From the NCBI GenBank assembly GCA_002269645.1, contig NIVC01002271.1:1-64000 (forward strand): DNA of 64,000 bases. Reading direction: 5' to 3'. Made by a program: the position numbers and the translations under genes. Below are positions 1-8,606 of this stretch, one piece after another (position 1 is the first letter of the stretch; each line of letters starts with the position of its first letter). Under the pieces are notes generated by a model. The model made no database searches. It saw nothing but the letters and a program-made list of their open reading frames with translations, and was not told where the DNA came from. Source of the DNA: Macrostomum lignano. Its lineage: Eukaryota.

Positions 1-363
1 CTTGTATGGATACATAAAACTACCACCTTCAACTACAGTATCGCCAATAGTAAATTGAACGTCCTCAAACAATGTTCCAATAACCAAATTATTCAAACAA
101 ACAAAATTTTTCGTTGCATCTATAGGTTCACCTTCACTATCACTAACGCTGAAGCATACCGTGAGCACAGTTTCTTGTAGATCCAAATACAAATCGCCTG
201 CAGGCACAACTTCAAATTCGATAGGTGATCCTTTTGTAATACCATGTTGCGGTTGAATGTTAGTATATCGATTATCCAAAACACTAAACTGAACAGGACT
301 TTGATCAAATAGCGACAATTCACTTTTAAGAGCAGCAATATCAGGTCCAAGCAAATGGTTCAT
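1..363 (-). CDS. Polinton major capsid protein (double jelly-roll, PY/hexon-like), N-terminal 121 aa; truncated by window edge
   Basis: Manual translation from ATG at 363: MNHLLGPDIAALKSELSLFDQSPVQFSVLDNRYTNIQPQHGITKGSPIEFEVVPAGDLYLDLQETVLTV...VCLNNLVIGTLFEDVQFTIGDTVVEGGSFMYPYK. This matches the Polinton MCP N-terminal pattern (KSELxLF, PIEF, Y-x-DL, NN...LF, YPY). Not in the ORF track because it is open at the edge. Confidence 0.88.
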   Translation of the reverse strand, partial: MNHLLGPDIAALKSELSLFDQSPVQFSVLDNRYTNIQPQHGITKGSPIEFEVVPAGDLYLDLQETVLTVCFSVSDSEGEPIDATKNFVCLNNLVIGTLFEDVQFTIGDTVVEGGSFMYPYK

Positions 364-364
364 G

Positions 365-856
365 CTACTTTTCAAACAGACTAAAAAGTTTCTTGCTTGC
401 AGTAGCAGTTCGACGTTTTCCTATACCACCGGTCTTCTTGCGTTTTCTTTTGTTCACGCGTCCCTTTCCACACTGTCTTGTTCGTCGTTTCTTTTGCCGT
501 TTCTTCTTTCCTAAGCTTATAGCCACTCCACTGGTTCTTTTCCTTCGCTTTGGTCTCGAAACTGCAGTTGTATTAAACATCTCTTCGCTCGATTCTGTGT
601 CCAAGTGACGCTTCCGACCCATACCAATTTTTGCTGTCGCACTTTTCAAATACTCCAGACCACGATCCAAGAAATCTTTCTTTGCGTTGCGTAGTACAGG
701 ATACACCAATCTGTCCGCCAAATTTGACAAAAAACCGTAACCTTCGTAAACAGGAATGCCATATCCACCTCCACCTTCAGCAGATCTATTCGGACCAGAA
801 TAAAAAGCAAAAATAGGATCCATTTCAACAGTCTTCTCTTCGTCATGCAATCCCAA
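365..856 (-). CDS. Basic Polinton core protein (adenovirus pVII-like), 163 aa
   Basis: N-terminal PVYEGYGFLSNL (GxG cleavage-type motif plus amphipathic helix) and a very Arg/Lys-rich C-terminal half; located immediately upstream of MCP. Confidence 0.7.
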   Translation of the reverse strand: MGLHDEEKTVEMDPIFAFYSGPNRSAEGGGGYGIPVYEGYGFLSNLADRLVYPVLRNAKKDFLDRGLEYLKSATAKIGMGRKRHLDTESSEEMFNTTAVSRPKRRKRTSGVAISLGKKKRQKKRRTRQCGKGRVNKRKRKKTGGIGKRRTATASKKLFSLFEK

Positions 857-864
857 TTCATGTG

Positions 865-2024
865 TTACTTATACACTTTAGAAAATAGTTTAGCAGTCTT
901 TGCGTCAAGATCATTTTCGTTTAACCACTGACTTCTTGAGATTGGCATACCTTTCCATTTTACTAGATACAGACGACTTCCATTTTTCGCTCGATCAGTT
1001 TCAATAACTTTTTCAATTTCATTAGGTGTTTCATCTGTCTCGTTTACCAACATTAGTTCCGCTTGGTTAAACCTTCCTTTCAGCACTTCAAATCCATCTT
1101 CAGGGTCCACTAATTCGTACATTGGCGGGTCTGTCAAGTGTACACGATGAATGCGATATTTTGAATTACTCCAAGTCGTAGTGTATCCTTTTTCAAATGT
1201 TCCTCGACGTCGTGTAATTCTAACCAATCACCAACTTTAAATTTATTCTCATTCTTTTTAGTGTACGACTTCGCAAACATTTTGTCCCACAAAATTCCTT
1301 GTAAATGCGGGTCTGTCTCTACCCGTTTTGGTGTTTCTCCACTCAAGGATCGATGAGGACTAGAGTTGAAATTATCTTCCAATTGCGGTAAAATGTCAAA
1401 CCATCGAGGTAAATTTTTTGCTCGAAAGTATCGTAATAGACGTTCCTTTAACGAGCGGATAAATCGTTCAGCCATGCTTGCCTTGTAATTGCTTTGGCTA
1501 ACAAAAAATCGAACTCCTTCCTGTTTCAGCATTTGACGTGTAGCTCTTCCGAGAAACTCCATACCAGCATCACCTTGTAAATAAACAGGCTTAAAACCAC
1601 TTCGAAAAATCTCTAGTAATACTTGACTAACTTCTGAAGGCTTCTTTGTACGCAATGGTCTTAGTCGTACAACTCTAGTAAAACAGTCGATAAGAACAAG
1701 TATGTAACGATAACCTCGATTTTCCGTCTTGTATTGAGGTAAATCTGCCAAATCGATTTGAAACTGAAACTTTGCAACTGGTGGCACACTAATTTTTGGA
1801 GTTGGAAAGTTTCGTCGTGTTTTTCGAAATAAATGATGCTCATTTGTTGATCGCACCCAATTATCAACTTCGCGCTTTGCAACTTTGTTCGTAATCTGTG
1901 GAAACTTTTTACGTACTTCACGAACAAGTATAGTCTTGTTACCACTAAATGAAGTAGGCCTGTTCAAGTTAAAAAAAGCATCCGTCAAAAATTCTTCAAT
2001 TTCCTTACGCACTCGCTTCATCAT
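865..2024 (-). CDS. Retroviral-type (RVE/c-INT) integrase with C-terminal chromodomain; one -1 frameshift at ~1228
   Basis: DDE triad in QIDLADL / LQGDAGMEF / SMAERFIRSLKE. KFKVGD-(L)VRITRRRGTFEKGYTTTW is restored by adding one T (GAT TG GTT to GAT TTG GTT). Chromodomain LYLVKWKGMP...QWL. Confidence 0.93.
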
Positions 2025-2193
2025 CAGTTAGATTGATGCTAGTCGTTTGACAGTTGCAACAAAAGAACGAAGCCTCGATCGAATCTCCGTCAGTATCCTC
2101 GTTGTGCTCCTTTCCCAGAAACGGCACACATTCAGATTTTATGCAAAAAAACTCACAGAGACGAATCAAAAGTTTTTGGAAGATAGATGACAT
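2005..2193 (-). CDS. 62-aa small Cys-containing ORF overlapping the integrase start
   Basis: ATG-initiated, fits the gene-dense array, TATAAGC 58 nt upstream; N-terminal amphipathic segment and CCNC. Confidence 0.55.
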   Translation of the reverse strand: MSSIFQKLLIRLCEFFCIKSECVPFLGKEHNEDTDGDSIEASFFCCNCQTTSINLTDDEASA

Positions 2194-2305
2194 GGTTTGT
2201 CTTATTAAACTATATATTTTTCATAAACAAAAAATTAACCTTTTTAAAAAGCTTATAGTGCTCGAATCAATTTTGTTAAAACGTAATCTGTAATTTTAAA
2301 ACAAC

Positions 2306-2995
2306 TTAATTCAGTGTTTGATAATTTTCAAACAGACTAAGATCCTCCTTTGCAACAGTTTTTGGAGCAGACATTAGCTCGTTTCGTACATGACGCCCGA
2401 TTTGGTTTGCTGCGATTCCACGTTTTCGAAGAAAGTCTAAAAATGTTTTTAGTCCACTAGGCGGTTGAGTCTCGTGTCGCTTAAGCGGTCTGTCTCGAAC
2501 AACATATTCCATGAGATCTTGTATCTCGGCATCAGTCAAATTAGCCAGCATTGGTTCTGCATTCTTGTCCATGTCCGAAAATAGGTTTTGAGCGAGAGCT
2601 TCGAAACGTGGTAAAAAAACTTTAGGAATTTCCCTTGATTCGCTGGCATATGAACTTCTTACAGTAGTCCCTTTGCGAACAAGTGACAGATTGTCCTCGT
2701 CTCCAGTGCGATAGACTTTGCGCAATTTTAAAAGTTTGTCTTCCAATCTGCTTCGTTTCAATTGAGCTGTGTAATTTGGCTCCTTTTCCATTTCCTTGTC
2801 CAAGTTATCCATTTGGTCTCTCATTTCCACCATATTTTTTGCCAGAGCATCTTGCGGTGCGTCTAAAACTTCAGTTTTTCGAGGTGTCTCAGCAGTTGGT
2901 GACGATCCTTGCTCTGCACCTTGACATGCAGATTGATACACAGATTCAGGTACTAGATACATTCGTTGAAAACTACTACTCTCGTTAGTTCGCAT
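2306..2995 (-). CDS. Conserved-type Polinton hypothetical protein, 229 aa
   Basis: N-terminal RMYLVPE motif and predicted helical body resemble the uncharacterised ORF usually found next to the QxGGFL core gene in Mavericks. Confidence 0.65.
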   Translation of the reverse strand: MRTNESSSFQRMYLVPESVYQSACQGAEQGSSPTAETPRKTEVLDAPQDALAKNMVEMRDQMDNLDKEMEKEPNYTAQLKRSRLEDKLLKLRKVYRTGDEDNLSLVRKGTTVRSSYASESREIPKVFLPRFEALAQNLFSDMDKNAEPMLANLTDAEIQDLMEYVVRDRPLKRHETQPPSGLKTFLDFLRKRGIAANQIGRHVRNELMSAPKTVAKEDLSLFENYQTLN

Positions 2996-3005
2996 TATAT
3001 TCCTA

Positions 3006-3434
3006 CTACTTTCGTTGAATTGATCGTATTAAATTCGCTGCTCCCGCGGCGGTACCAACTACTCCAGACGTTATCCCAAGCGCAGTGCTTATAGCAGGTA
3101 GAGCGGCAATAATTGGAGCCAAAAAAGGTAAAAATCCTCCGTGTTGGACAAGTATTTTCCTTTTTGCAGTAATTGGAGTCTTCTGTTCCAAAAGCTGGCG
3201 TATATATCTGCGATGCTTCTCAAGTCGTCTTTTGTTACAGTTACTAATTTTAATACGTCCACTAATAATATTAAACAGAAAGTCTACTAGACATCGTATC
3301 TCCGACTCTGAAAGTGTTTGTAAAAAACTTTTTCTCTGCTTTGGATGCTTTAGCCGATAAACAATTTGTAGTAAAAAAGCACACTGACACAATGAGCGAG
3401 CATTTTGTTTTCCTTTTTCTGTTAGTTCGCTCAT
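3006..3434 (-). CDS. Conserved Polinton core/membrane-active virion protein, 142 aa
   Basis: Pattern R...L...EIRCLVDFLFNIISGRIKI...KRRLEKHRRYIRQL...KRKILVQHGGFLPFLAPIIAAL typical of Maverick small virion ORFs; hydrophobic/amphipathic tail after QxGG. Confidence 0.75.
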   Translation of the reverse strand: MSELTEKGKQNARSLCQCAFLLQIVYRLKHPKQRKSFLQTLSESEIRCLVDFLFNIISGRIKISNCNKRRLEKHRRYIRQLLEQKTPITAKRKILVQHGGFLPFLAPIIAALPAISTALGITSGVVGTAAGAANLIRSIQRK

Positions 3435-3490
3435 TCTTACAAAACAAATTCACAAAATTTTCTATTACACAATTAATCTTTGCTTATAAA

Positions 3491-4495
3491 TTAGTCCGAC
3501 CTATGTTTAAAATGCAGTACGACAACAACGTGTGCTCCCGGATCAAAATTAAACGGTTTTCCGCGCTGGTCCGATAGTCGAATCGAAATCTCGTGAATTT
3601 GTTGTCGATTTGTTTTCAAGTAGTAGGGTGTTTGCAATGCACTGCTATCGCGTATAAGTTCTCCGTTTTTCTTTTGTTGGAGTTCCACAACTCGAAGCAA
3701 CGGTACTGATGTACTTCCCACTGCTTGATACTCGATTATATCTGTGTAACAGTACATGTAAACCGTTTTACTAGGCATCGGAGAAGGTAGCACAGCATCC
3801 AAGTAGGTTTTGTTAATGCGCCAAACACGATTTCTCAACCAATATTGGTGTACTTTGATGTACACTTCTCCTTCCGTTTTTCGAAGATAGTCTCCATGCG
3901 AAACAAGTCGTATAGCTTCACCAGGCGATAGAACACAATAAAAAACATAATAGTTCTCAGGTACTAGCGCTAGAGTATTGTCGAGACTTTTTATCAAATC
4001 CAAGTATGAACCATCCGGTGGTTGTACACTACCAGCGGCAGGTTTTGATAATTTTTCCGAGACAAGTCCAGAAAGTTTCTTCCAAGAGTCAAATTTGAAA
4101 GCGTCCATAAATGTAACTGGTAGTTCTAATCCAATAGTTTTTTCGCCTGAATTTCGTAAAAGCCAGGCAAATTTTTCATCTGTACCAGACGGTTGCCAGG
4201 AAACGTAAGCATCCAAGTCTGCCTCTGCCCAAACACGACCCCAATAGTTTTTCTTTAATCGTATTATTGAGTCAATGTCCGCAAAATATGGAACTTCAAA
4301 TCGACGCTCACGATGAGCATTTGGCGTCGTAATTGCTCCATGGCACAGTAATTCAACTAGTGCAACCTCGAAGAATCCGTTCAATAAATTTATTGGTTCA
4401 GTTAGTCGCACTCGAAATTCATTAGGCGAGTTGGTTTCGTAACTGATATCGTTTGACGGCAAAAAAACGTAAAAACTCATTTTGAAATAAAACAC
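3491..4495 (-). CDS. Minor capsid protein (penton/PX, single jelly-roll), 334 aa
   Basis: N-terminal FYVFLPSN...N...FRVRL...L...FEVALVEL; C-terminal YCYTDIIE..AVG..VPLLRVV...PYY...I.I.LSDQ.G..F...VVLHF. Confidence 0.9.
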   Translation of the reverse strand: MFYFKMSFYVFLPSNDISYETNSPNEFRVRLTEPINLLNGFFEVALVELLCHGAITTPNAHRERRFEVPYFADIDSIIRLKKNYWGRVWAEADLDAYVSWQPSGTDEKFAWLLRNSGEKTIGLELPVTFMDAFKFDSWKKLSGLVSEKLSKPAAGSVQPPDGSYLDLIKSLDNTLALVPENYYVFYCVLSPGEAIRLVSHGDYLRKTEGEVYIKVHQYWLRNRVWRINKTYLDAVLPSPMPSKTVYMYCYTDIIEYQAVGSTSVPLLRVVELQQKKNGELIRDSSALQTPYYLKTNRQQIHEISIRLSDQRGKPFNFDPGAHVVVVLHFKHRSD

Positions 4496-4537
4496 AAACT
4501 AATATTGACAACAGTTTATAATTTGCTTATAATAATA

Positions 4538-5233
4538 TTACACAAACTTTGCATCACATTCACGAGTATAGACAACTTGTTCATCACCAGAAAATATTCC
4601 TGTTCTCAATCGTAAAAAATCTGGTGTCACTTGCCGCAGGTCAATGAATAAATATGAAAAAGGTTTGTTATTTGTTGCGTCTTCATACACATTCACTAGA
4701 AACCTACTATTACGCGGATACATTTGTCGACCGAGATGTTCAACTGTGGTTCGATCGCGCACACTACGAGTTAGACAAATATAACTAGCTGATAAACTTC
4801 GCATGCGTGCTTCTGGATCAGACTTGTTAAAAAGACCTTGACAAAGGTACAGACAAGTCAAAGGGATATGATGCGCATGCTTTGTAAACATACTAGTAAA
4901 TTCTGGCAACTTAGCAATCTCGCTTTGCAAGTCGTCAACAACAACCAAATCGTGTGGTAAAAAACGATTAATCATCTGTGGTGTGAATTCGGGTACAAAA
5001 ACAATAGGGTCAAGACCGCTTTTTTGCCAGCATGTTCTAATTCGTTGTTGATCGTCTGGTTTCAAACTTGATCCATGGCACCAAACAAGACGGCACGGTT
5101 TTTTATCAAATAATTCTTTTCGTTCAGTCAACAAACGCAACGTCCATTCAGTTTTACCCGAGTTTGAAGGTCCAGCAATAATAAATGTAGAATCGTGAGC
5201 TAGTTGCATATTGTATGGCTGCTGCATTTTCAA
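4538..5233 (-). CDS. Genome-packaging ATPase (FtsK-HerA/A32 family), 231 aa
   Basis: Walker A IIAGPSNSGKT, Walker B VVVDDLQ, FTKHAHH motif, YLFIDL. Confidence 0.95.
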   Translation of the reverse strand: MKMQQPYNMQLAHDSTFIIAGPSNSGKTEWTLRLLTERKELFDKKPCRLVWCHGSSLKPDDQQRIRTCWQKSGLDPIVFVPEFTPQMINRFLPHDLVVVDDLQSEIAKLPEFTSMFTKHAHHIPLTCLYLCQGLFNKSDPEARMRSLSASYICLTRSVRDRTTVEHLGRQMYPRNSRFLVNVYEDATNNKPFSYLFIDLRQVTPDFLRLRTGIFSGDEQVVYTRECDAKFV

Positions 5234-5673
5234 GCACCAAAGCGTTGCTTAACTTGCATAACCTTGGTAACCAACTTCGCAGCTAGTTTTTCTTTCCAAC
5301 CAGTAGACGGATCGTGGGCAATCTCTCGTGCACCAGATTCTAATAGCTTATCAGCTTTTAACCTCTCTTGCACGTCAGAATTTTTATCATAGGCCACGTC
5401 GTGAAGCATGCACAAATTGTCAAGCCGATTAATTCCTCGTTGTCCTTTTGCTAGCCTAGCTTGCAGTTGCGTACCTGGACCACAAAACTGATATCCGCCG
5501 GGTAAATGTGCTTCAAATGGTAAATGATTAATTAACCAATTTACGACACCATAACCTTGTTGCTTTTTATTAATCTTTCTAATAGATTTCTTCTTTTTAC
5601 GAATGCTCTTCTTTTTCTTTTTAAAACCTCGATCTTTCGCTGGAGACATTTTTACAACATATATTTTAGGCAT
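5230..5673 (-). CDS. Parvovirus VP1-type phospholipase A2 (PLA2X) with Lys-rich leader, 147 aa (possible start at 5649)
   Basis: HLPGGYQFCGPGT Ca-loop-like motif, NRLDNLCMLHDVAY (catalytic HD), downstream AD. Confidence 0.9.
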   Translation of the reverse strand: MPKIYVVKMSPAKDRGFKKKKKSIRKKKKSIRKINKKQQGYGVVNWLINHLPFEAHLPGGYQFCGPGTQLQARLAKGQRGINRLDNLCMLHDVAYDKNSDVQERLKADKLLESGAREIAHDPSTGWKEKLAAKLVTKVMQVKQRFGA

Positions 5674-5764
5674 AAATTTTTAAAATTGCTTATAGTATTT
5701 ACAAAGCTCTCGCATAGTGCACCAATCACCAAAGAAAAAAATCAGTTTATTATTATTATTATAC

Positions 5765-6247
5765 TTATTGGCCAGTGCTGCCAAAGCCGCCAAAGCCGCG
5801 CCGCTTGGTCGGCGGCTCAATCATCCGAATCGAATTGTCTGCTTCAGTCACATAGACTGAAGCAAGCACGGCCTGCTCCAGAACCAGTTGTGCAATACTG
5901 AGCCCGGCATAGTACTCAAAGTCTTCCGGACTGTAATTAAACAAGACTATACAGATTTCACCAGTATAGTCGGGGTCGATTACGCCACCGCCAACAAATA
6001 AGCTGTGCAGAGCCATGCTGGAACGTCCCGCTATCCTGCCATAGGTACCAGGCGGTAAGCGAATTTTGAGTCCGGTTCGCACACTCCGGGACTCGTAGGC
6101 CGGAATGGTACCATCGACGCCAGCGCAAAGATCATACCCGATCGACCCGACAGTTTTTCGGGTCGGAATCGTTGCCGAATCGTATAGACGTTCAACTAAA
6201 AGCTTACGATCAGTTAGTTGTTGTTGCTGCTGCTGCTCGGGATTCAT
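5765..6247 (-). CDS. dut: Trimeric dUTPase, ~160 aa
   Basis: All five motifs present: GYDL, GRIAGRSS, GVIDPDYTGEI, IAQLV, RGFGGFGSTG. Start taken at MNPEQQQ (6247); the ORF track extends to 6334. Confidence 0.95.
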   Translation of the reverse strand: MNPEQQQQQQLTDRKLLVERLYDSATIPTRKTVGSIGYDLCAGVDGTIPAYESRSVRTGLKIRLPPGTYGRIAGRSSMALHSLFVGGGVIDPDYTGEICIVLFNYSPEDFEYYAGLSIAQLVLEQAVLASVYVTEADNSIRMIEPPTKRRGFGGFGSTGQ

Positions 6248-6539
6248 GTCGATTCTTGTAGCTGAAAGTTTAAAAAAAAGTTTTTTTTCTTGAAACATGA
6301 ACGATAGCACTACATTTACGTCTACTACAAACACAAGCTTAGTCTTGAGAATCTAACTATAAAAAATATACTTTTTCAAATAATTAAACACAAAAAAGTG
6401 CTAAAATTATAATTTAAACGAATGCCGGTATCATTTATTTATTGTAAATAATGATCAATGAAAAAATTAATGATGGGTTACAGTCTTCTATAGCATGCTA
6501 TTACTTTGTACAACAAAAGAGATCAGAGCATATTGTTAA

Positions 6540-6870
6540 TTAATTAGCCAAGTGCCAGTGTCCAAAGGGTAGCGAATTAATTGAACTTGTCCAGGATCGC
6601 TTCGTATCGAAGAAGCTTAGTGCAAGTTTTCTTTGTTGCATCAAAAAAAACTTTCTGTTTTCGAGAACGAATGGACTGTATGCGCGAAAACACAAGTTGT
6701 CGCTTGTGTAAGACTCTTAAATAGTCTTGATGCTTTAAACTGCTCTGTGCGGCTTTAGAAGCAGTACTGCTCCAGCTTTGCGACCGATTGAGACTGGAAC
6801 TTTAAACGATTGCTGCTTAACCAGACCGGACCGGACTGGACCGGACCGGACTGGACCGGACTCCCCGCGC

Positions 6871-6902
<32 letters not shown>

Positions 6903-7625
6903 ACCACCACCACCGCCGCCACCACCACCACTGCCGCCGCCCGCCCCCACACCACCGTGGGACGTATTTGTTGACAGTGTGCTTGCATGGCTTTTGCGAT
7001 AAACGCAGAGCATCAAGTCTAGCTGCTCGATTGCTCTATATTGCCAATTACTACCTCGAGATTGAAAATTGTCAATTTTTATTAACAACTGATTAATAAC
7101 GCGTGCGAACCAGTCATTGTAGGCCTCGGGAGATAACAGCATGTCACTGTTTGCAATCGTCTCATCAAATGATATTGTCGCAATGTTGGTATTAAAATAG
7201 ACCGAAATGATCTCTTCGCTGCTCGAGCCATCGTTGTCGTCTGCTGCTGTTTTCGGTCGAAATAGTGTCACTTTCAAGTGAAAGCAGACTCTTATTAATA
7301 AACTGGGTGAGCCAATTTTTTCCAATATTTTAAATATTGGTTCTCTTAAAGACGCAATCAACTCGCCAGGAAGTAACTCGCCAGAGCTGTTGCCTTGTTG
7401 TTCAAGAGTGGGAGTAAATTCGACAAAATTTACCCGACCACGATGAGCTGACTCGCGCAAAGCGATGGACCACCCATCTGGTGGGTTTTCGATCAGGTTT
7501 TGCAGCGATCCGGTCAGTAATCGTTGCGGTGAAAAACAAGCACCATGCGAGTGAGCATGCAGCTCGGCTTGATTACTGAACTTTTTTCTGCAGATTTGGC
7601 ATTGTGCACGCGGCATTGTGTGCAC
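6540..7625 (-). pseudogene. Protein-primed DNA polymerase B remnant: N-terminal region fused out of frame to extreme C-terminus; catalytic core absent
   Basis: ORF 6735-7625 carries a C2H2-like finger, ESAHRGR, YFNT, and IDNFQSRGSNW..IE.LDL (the GSGW motif region of Polinton PolB N-termini). Bases 6540-6770 encode SKAAQSSLKHQDYLRVL..SIRSRKQKVF-(frameshift in a T8 run)-MQQRKLALSFFDTKRSWTSSINSLPFGHWHLAN*, the PolB C-terminal SIRS...DxKR...LPxGH pattern. No exonuclease or polymerase motifs lie between them. Confidence 0.8.
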
Positions 7626-7839
7626 CTAGCTCGACAACGAGCGTATCGAGCATAATATTAATAGATGATCCGGTTTGTCATTTGCGGCTGTAAGAAAAAT
7701 GATGATTTGGTTAGTTATAGGTATAGCTGACACGTTTACTATTAGAGAAAACAATTGGTAAATAAATAAAAAAAGACAAAATGTTTGTAAAAGAATGCAT
7801 CGCAACTGCGATTTGACAGCAATTGTTTACTTGTTAAGT

Positions 7840-8396
7840 TTAGTTATTAACAGAGATTAAAAAATCCTTGACATGGTTAAGAATATTATTCAATTCATGA
7901 GTGTTTTGAACGCCCATAATAACAAACTTTTTCGAAAAAAATATGTTACAAAAAAGCCTTGGTTTTGATGCTGATCTAACAGAAACTGCTTGTGGGAAAT
8001 TTTCTGCATCGTATCCAACCAGATAATTCGAATAGTAGCCTGCATATCTTTTTAGACTAGAGAAACCGAATTTTGGCCAAAGATGACCAATAAAGCCGAC
8101 ATAGGTACTGCTCTGAATTTTTACTGAATCAAAATCTACACAATTAATAGTGTCGTTGATAAATCGTAAAACTGAGACTATCTGAGAATTTGATTTACAG
8201 CCATATATAGTTAGTTTTCCTGCTGGATAAAGTTGGATTTTAGCATTTGAATAAATTGTCTTTAGCATTGTTGGTCGGCTTAGGAATAGTTTGCAAAACC
8301 GGTTTCTGGTCTGTAGCTTCTGTTTGGTCTGCTTTAAATCAATTTTTCAAACGGGTGCAGCTTCAGACTCGCAGTAACTATTAATAGGACAAGTCG
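7840..8396 (-). CDS. Divergent TATA-binding protein (TBP)-like protein, ~185-aa saddle; frameshift at A5 run 8343-8347; 5' exon unresolved
   Basis: Collinear with both TBP repeats: KIDLKQT~KLDLKTI; IQLYPAGKLTIYGCKSNSQ~ALIFSSGKMVCTGAKSEEQ; VKIQS~FKIQN; YDAENFPQ~YEPELFPG; KPRLFCNIFFSKKFVIMG~KPRIVLLIFVSGKVVLTG; ELNNILNHVKDFL~EIYEAFENIYPIL. Confidence 0.85.
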
Positions 8397-8606
8397 CTAA
8401 AACGGAAAATAAATAATAAGAAAAGTTAAACATGACTATACTATCGTAAATTCTAATATTAAATTACAAAACCTGGTTAGCGTACAAGGAGTAGCAAAAA
8501 ATGTTTTGAGCTTTTCCCTAAAAAATAATATTTCCCTAGCCAAAAATTTGATAAATATAGTGGAATAAGTTAGTTAAAACTTGGATAAAATTAGTCAAAA
8601 ATTTTG

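Noticed and set aside
120-350. ORF-track 76-aa minus ORF
   Set aside because: Alternative frame overlapping the true MCP N-terminus (1-363).
1220-1260. Programmed -1 ribosomal frameshift in integrase
   Set aside because: TTTAAAG/AAATTTA are not in the X XXY YYZ phase, and the -1 frame has a TGA just before the switch; a 1-bp deletion or sequencing error explains it.
6755-7002. Poly-Pro / poly-Ala-Val ORFs
   Set aside because: Other frames of the G-rich repeat in the PolB remnant.
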